Virus record (IMG/VR): IMGVR_UViG_3300020049_016021 | Source of the DNA: a virus | DNA: 64,000 bases | Direction: 5' to 3' (one strand) | In this document: one piece after another, positions 59,152-64,000 of the stretch | How positions within the stretch are numbered: the stretch's first letter is position 1 | How the letters are laid out: each line of letters opens with the position of its first letter | Notes under the pieces: generated by a model | What the model was told of the DNA's origin: nothing | Seen by the model: the letters and a program-made list of their open reading frames with translations, nothing else | Database searches by the model: none | Made by a program: the position numbers and the translations under genes

Positions 59152-62100
59152 TATCGATTACGATTTTGAATTTGTGTTCCAAGCAGGTCTAAAGTTATTT
59201 TACTGTCTTCTGTTGGATTAAAGAACAACCTTACGCCTAAGTAGTAATCCCTAAAACGGGCACTTTCATATAAAGGTTTTTCTGGATCTATATTTGAAAA
59301 ATTAACTGTCTTATCTATGTAGGAAAACGGAGAGGACGCTTTGGCTGCCCAAGAAGAATCCCAAATAGGTTGCGTAGGTGCGATTGTCAGGTCGCGTATG
59401 TTGTTTATTCGCCACTGTCTATCGGTCTTCTTGACTAGGGATAGAGTATTAAAAGTATCCATCTGAAAATTAGAAGGCTGGACAAGTGGTTGTTCTCCTG
59501 TGCTTTGGGTGCTGTTATAGAATATTACCGTATTATACGTTTCTTTCGTAGGATATTCTTCTAATGTATTTGCACTTTTTGCAAAAGCCAGAGCCGAGTA
59601 GTCTATTGAAGAGGTTACCTTCGCTTCTTTTGGATTCTTAAATGCTATGAGATCAATTATGTGCGGATACTTAGACCCGTAAAAAGTCTGATAATTTCCA
59701 TCGAAGTGTTTGTAGATTTCACTATACCCATTTTGTGTAAAGAAGGTATTTGAATTAGCAAACAAATAGTTTGGAAGATACGAATGAAAAGAAGTCCAGT
59801 GTTGATTTATAAAAGAATAAGATAACGTGAAAGACCTATTCTCAAAATAAGTTATGTTATCAAAATCAATACTTTGAACGGTACCTGTTGGGGGATTATA
59901 GTAAAAGGAGTGACCATTAAAGAATATCTTATCGGGCGTAGTATACAGTGCTGGAAGATCATATTCAGTTGGGTAGTAAACAAACTTGTTTGTCCACTGG
60001 GGTAGCAACTTGAAATCTCGTTTATGCACTAATAATCGTTTATGCCTGGGATCATAGGTTGTTTTATAACCAACCCCTATAGGTGAAGCGTGAGATATAT
60101 ATGGAAACTTTGTGCTAGTTAACTGTTCAAATTGCTTTAGATACTCAAGTTCTCCATTTTCTTGCCAGAAATTACGTATTCCAGTTAAGGATAAATCATT
60201 TAATTTATCTGTTAATAATAGCGGGTGCCCTGCTAAGGAATCAATATAAGCAGCACCATATTCCGTTTGAATTCTAGATGAGAAATGAGCCTGACCTGCA
60301 AAGGCAAGATTACTGTTCTTTAGTTCCATTGGCGGAATACTAAAAACTTCCCCAGTACCTAGATACACATTATCTATATCAGTTTGGAGCGTTTGCGCTT
60401 GCACTGGTAATCTGTAAACTGATCTAGTTGTTGTAGCATACAGATGTCCAAAATTTACAAATAAGTCAGTTATTGGTCCAGTTGTTCCCCCTATTTTATC
60501 CGTATAATTGTTCTGTAAGATAATTCTACTCTTATCAACTAAACTCTCATTGTCATCTGTTTGGGAAGCATATACCCTATATGGGTGATCTTCAATACAC
60601 ATATTACAATATTGATAAGCAAATTGAACTGGGTAATCATAAACTATCCCATCTAAGAAAGAATAAGATTTATTATATAGGTACCGTTCTTGGTAGTAGG
60701 CAAAAGATTTGTCTGCGACCTTGTACAGTTTCTGCTTCATGTAATTCCTTAGATGCTGGTGATTGTCAGCCATCGTAGGCGGATTCTTTGGTTGGAAATA
60801 GGAGAATTCTCTTTTAGTTTTTGAACCGTGTCTAAATCCATAATTAAGCAGAGTATCTTGTGTCGGAAAAGACAACATATATGTATCATAATCCAAAGTC
60901 ACAGAATCACTATCTCCTGATACCGGTACGCCTGTTTGACGGTAGTTAAAGTCAACCATTGTTAACCGAGAAACCGCTGTGTCTCCACCATACATAGTAA
61001 ATGAGGTACTAGGAGAACCTTCTCTTGATAAGCAGTTATTGAAGCGTTTAAATTTCACCTCAAATAAATTAGAGAACACATCTAAATATTGATAGATGGC
61101 CCCGTAGTACAATTTTCCTCTCCAATTTCCGCCAGCATTTTGTATGTCTGCCGCGCCAGAATTGAGCCTAATTATCTGGAAATTTGTATTAATACTATTA
61201 TTTATAAATGTAGTATTTGATAAGGGCTCATACACTTCATTGCCTTCTTGTGCACCAGGGTAGGACTTTGGACAAAAGATGTCGGTACGCATACCATGCA
61301 CTAGATTAGTTTCACTGGGATTAGCATATTTAGTGAAATACCTAAATTGTGTGGTAGCATCTACTGTTCCTTTATAGTCATCATTTTGATCTAATAACTG
61401 ATCTGGGAGGAGTGCGCTTTCTGTAATAGAAGCATTATTTGCTATTTGATTTGCATCCCAATATATCTTCTCGAACTTAACAAATGCACCTCTGCTTGTC
61501 TTTTCATTTAGTAAAAGATCACTGCTAATAAAGGCGTAGAGATTTTTCAGTATCCCTGTATTTGGTGGTGGAGTGGGCACATAATCAGTAGCAGATATTG
61601 TTGAAGGATCAAGTATTTGTCTTGAGGCTGCATGAATTGGAATAAATGCTCCTTTAGCTAGTATTCGCCTCTCAAAGGTTCTGTCGCCATAAACAAAGTA
61701 GTGCCCTACGATGTCTTCGTCTGGTGGGTATTCTACATTAGAAAACTTAACACCTGTCCTAAAAGCATGAGCAGCGCCAGACCCATCACGTATTTCGGCT
61801 CCTGGCATCCTATGATGACGAATTTTGGTAACACCTGGAACTATAAGATTCCCGTGCCAATCTCTTCCCCAGTAACCATCTGGTAAATTCTCACAAGTTG
61901 GTATGTCAGGATAAGTAGCATTATCTGATTCATGGTAACCAGGAAGTCCTGTTAAGGAGGCACCATATTGTACAGCTGTTGATATTTGTCCCCAACGTCT
62001 AGTATAGACTGTACCCTCTCCATATTGCTTTATGCCAGTATCCCAAGGATTGCCGTCTGTAGCAACACCCCCAGTGCCTATATATGGGTTAGCTCCATTT

Positions 62101-63371
62101 ACTGGAATGTCTGTATCAGCGGCTCTTCCTACAGTATAAAATACAGGAGAAACTTGGCCAGTATTAAATACATACACAATACCGAAAGGGTAGACCTCAT
62201 CTTCCATAAGAGAGCCGTCACCAAAATAATAACTAGCCATCTTGCTCTTATAATCTATATCAGAGTTGATGGGTACCTTTACAAATTCAGTTTTTATTTT
62301 TGAAGCGTACTGTTGGTACTTTGTGTAGTCTTTGTAAGCTTTGGATGAATTAGCTAAAAACAGCTTGTCCATGTTGAAAGCCTGAGCAGCGATCTTCTTT
62401 ATTTGAACTGTTGGAGTTAAAATATCGTCAAGTGTCACACTACCTTTTATCTGGTCAGCTGTTCCTGTGTACAGAAAAGCGGCTGTACCATTTATCCATG
62501 GCTGAGCATGGAGCAGATCAACACCAGATATTTCTCCTTCATCGCTTGTTCTCTTTATAACAGCCACTTGATAGTAATCAAATAAATCGTCTGTACCTGT
62601 TATTAGAAAGGAGATGGCCTTATTGGTCTTATTTACAAAGGAGTCTGAATCAGGAACATTTGATCCCCCATCATACATGTGTACAGTTGCTGTGCTCCCA
62701 TGATAACTATAGGGTTCATCTGCTATTGCTACTGGTCTGGTAACAATGGTCCATTGAGTAGCATTCTGATATTTATCCAGAAACCTAACTGCAAAATAGT
62801 AGACACCTATCTCCAGCTGTCCACCAGCATTCTCAACTATGCCGGAATTATTTGTACCTTTATAAAGATTAAAGCAAGGGATAAAGTAATCTCTTGAGAA
62901 ATCCATCTTTGGGCACCAGTAACTGCCTCCTAATTCGTATTGTGCTAGATCGTTTAGATTTAGAACTTTATAGGTATTGAGATTATCAGTAAAATAGACA
63001 TAAGGATCACACCCATTTCTTAGCTTATACAGAGCATTAATAGGATACTTATCAGAAAAATTAAGGCATGGTGCAACAAGTATCGTTGAGTAAGTGCAGG
63101 TGGCTGAGTTTAATTTTCCTATTTCGTGTTGACCTAATGGATCATATAGAAACAGTATGACATCATCATGTTCGTTAACTACAGAACCTATTATCTTCTT
63201 GTTGCCAGTAAAATTTGTAGAACAAGTTTGGTTGCCACCCTCACTAGAAATGGAAGGAAGATGGCCTTGTGTTGTTTCTAACACCGCATTTAGAGCAAAC
63301 CTATAAGATCCTTCTTCTTGGTATTTTGGGTGAGAGTCCGTATTTAGGCCTTTTGTAAATAAATTATCCAT
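59151..63371 (-). CDS. Large structural protein (1406 aa), Tyr/Asn/Gly/Thr-rich; putative tail fiber or tail-associated protein
   Basis: Uninterrupted ORF; composition typical of receptor-binding or tail proteins; TAATG coupling on both sides. Confidence 0.55.
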   Translation of the reverse strand: MDNLFTKGLNTDSHPKYQEEGSYRFALNAVLETTQGHLPSISSEGGNQTCSTNFTGNKKIIGSVVNEHDDVILFLYDPLGQHEIGKLNSATCTYSTILVAPCLNFSDKYPINALYKLRNGCDPYVYFTDNLNTYKVLNLNDLAQYELGGSYWCPKMDFSRDYFIPCFNLYKGTNNSGIVENAGGQLEIGVYYFAVRFLDKYQNATQWTIVTRPVAIADEPYSYHGSTATVHMYDGGSNVPDSDSFVNKTNKAISFLITGTDDLFDYYQVAVIKRTSDEGEISGVDLLHAQPWINGTAAFLYTGTADQIKGSVTLDDILTPTVQIKKIAAQAFNMDKLFLANSSKAYKDYTKYQQYASKIKTEFVKVPINSDIDYKSKMASYYFGDGSLMEDEVYPFGIVYVFNTGQVSPVFYTVGRAADTDIPVNGANPYIGTGGVATDGNPWDTGIKQYGEGTVYTRRWGQISTAVQYGASLTGLPGYHESDNATYPDIPTCENLPDGYWGRDWHGNLIVPGVTKIRHHRMPGAEIRDGSGAAHAFRTGVKFSNVEYPPDEDIVGHYFVYGDRTFERRILAKGAFIPIHAASRQILDPSTISATDYVPTPPPNTGILKNLYAFISSDLLLNEKTSRGAFVKFEKIYWDANQIANNASITESALLPDQLLDQNDDYKGTVDATTQFRYFTKYANPSETNLVHGMRTDIFCPKSYPGAQEGNEVYEPLSNTTFINNSINTNFQIIRLNSGAADIQNAGGNWRGKLYYGAIYQYLDVFSNLFEVKFKRFNNCLSREGSPSTSFTMYGGDTAVSRLTMVDFNYRQTGVPVSGDSDSVTLDYDTYMLSFPTQDTLLNYGFRHGSKTKREFSYFQPKNPPTMADNHQHLRNYMKQKLYKVADKSFAYYQERYLYNKSYSFLDGIVYDYPVQFAYQYCNMCIEDHPYRVYASQTDDNESLVDKSRIILQNNYTDKIGGTTGPITDLFVNFGHLYATTTRSVYRLPVQAQTLQTDIDNVYLGTGEVFSIPPMELKNSNLAFAGQAHFSSRIQTEYGAAYIDSLAGHPLLLTDKLNDLSLTGIRNFWQENGELEYLKQFEQLTSTKFPYISHASPIGVGYKTTYDPRHKRLLVHKRDFKLLPQWTNKFVYYPTEYDLPALYTTPDKIFFNGHSFYYNPPTGTVQSIDFDNITYFENRSFTLSYSFINQHWTSFHSYLPNYLFANSNTFFTQNGYSEIYKHFDGNYQTFYGSKYPHIIDLIAFKNPKEAKVTSSIDYSALAFAKSANTLEEYPTKETYNTVIFYNSTQSTGEQPLVQPSNFQMDTFNTLSLVKKTDRQWRINNIRDLTIAPTQPIWDSSWAAKASSPFSYIDKTVNFSNIDPEKPLYESARFRDYYLGVRLFFNPTEDSKITLDLLGTQIQNRNR

Positions 63372-64000
63372 TAGAATCCTATGTTTTCTTGACTACTTAG
63401 TCCTCCAAACAATCCATCAAAGGCACGTGTTCTTGGGACTAATCTATTACGTTGATTCTTTATATTTTCTAACACAGATAGTTCAGGAAGATTTAAGTTA
63501 AGGGCCTTCTTAGATAAAGTTGACCACATACTAAGATGGAAACTGACCCTCTGCGTGGCTCCCTCTTCTTTCATAAGATCCTTAGCTAGCCAATACTTAT
63601 ATAGTACATAATGAGTAAGGGCCTCTTTTACAGTCTCATCGTCAGGGATAAGAATATCACCATCTTCATCAACAGGTACTGCTAAATAACTTATATTCAA
63701 TTGGCCTGTTCTAAAGCTGGTAGTAAACACACCACCAGGAGAAAGGTGAAATTCATAGGTACAGTTATTGCAAAGACATAGTGTGCTGTCAACACATATT
63801 CCTGTTATAAATGTATTTGTAGAGGCTCGCATACGATATGTCTTGTTGTTATCAATGGCGAGTACTTGTACAATATACTTTAAATCTTCTGGAGCTGTTG
63901 CTTTGTGTTCAACAACCTCAACAATAGCTGTCTTAGCTTCGTAGCGACTCTCCAGATTCATTTGTAAAAATCCTTTTGCGGCATGCTCTAACATGACAGC
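63371..64000 (-). CDS. Structural-module protein, 5' end possibly beyond the window
   Basis: ORF 63371..63994 (207 aa) abuts the window edge; stop overlaps the start of the 1406-aa gene. Confidence 0.45.
   Translation of the reverse strand, partial: AVMLEHAAKGFLQMNLESRYEAKTAIVEVVEHKATAPEDLKYIVQVLAIDNNKTYRMRASTNTFITGICVDSTLCLCNNCTYEFHLSPGGVFTTSFRTGQLNISYLAVPVDEDGDILIPDDETVKEALTHYVLYKYWLAKDLMKEEGATQRVSFHLSMWSTLSKKALNLNLPELSVLENIKNQRNRLVPRTRAFDGLFGGLSSQENIGF

Noticed and set aside
35404-62897. Plus-strand track ORFs embedded in the giant minus-strand genes (for example 39297..39554, 47852..48238, 51722..52024, 61986..62303)
   Set aside because: They lie antisense within uninterrupted multi-kb ORFs, with Ser/Leu/Phe-rich shadow-frame composition.
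1-64000. CRISPR arrays, integrase, transposase or IS elements, rRNA genes
   Set aside because: No spacer-repeat arrays, no tyrosine or serine recombinase or transposase motifs, and no rRNA-like segments were seen. The tandem repeats found are intragenic, in the 917-aa gene.

Overview
This 64 kb window looks like a large segment of a crAss-like (Crassvirales-like) podophage genome, read from sequence alone. It is not an ordinary phage region. It has two convergent gene blocks separated by a bidirectional terminator at 34205-34248.

**Plus-strand block (1-34202).** (a) An early-looking module of small proteins, two GH73 glucosaminidases, a MoxR/CobS-like AAA+ ATPase with a VWA/CobT-like partner, and a tRNA-like element. 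(b) A replication and nucleotide-metabolism module: family-A DNA polymerase with 3'-5' exonuclease, SF2 DEAH helicase, DnaB-like helicase, Sak4-like ATPase, DnaG/TOPRIM primase, uracil-DNA glycosylase, two PD-(D/E)xK nucleases, an M15 peptidase, an SPFH protein and multi-zinc-ribbon proteins.

**Minus-strand block (34257-64000).** Seven very large virion or ejected-protein genes. One is a 4095-aa protein that fuses an SF1 helicase domain to a beta-prime-like DPBB (DxDxD) RNA polymerase catalytic domain, the hallmark virion RNAP of crAss-like phages.

**Main discoveries.**
1. Module-specific stop-codon recoding. At least 26 in-frame TGA codons lie in 13 genes between 14.3 and 31.1 kb, plus one at the start of a structural gene. 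They restore full-length PolA, helicase, DnaB, primase, Sak4, nucleases and M15 peptidase. All genes in that module end in TAA or TAG. The first 14 kb uses TGA as a genuine stop in about half its genes. The 27 kb structural block is essentially TGA-free.
2. A 306-nt group I (IA-type) self-splicing intron inside the Sak4-like ATPase gene.
3. A candidate -1 ribosomal frameshift (A_AAA_AAG plus hairpin) that would fuse a membrane protein to a multi-zinc-ribbon protein.
4. A GC-rich structured noncoding island.
5. An atypical 66-nt tRNA-like gene.
6. Internal tandem duplications in a 917-aa structural protein.

The six-frame ORF track, which uses the standard code, fragments most replication genes. 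Coordinates for the re-joined genes are given below.
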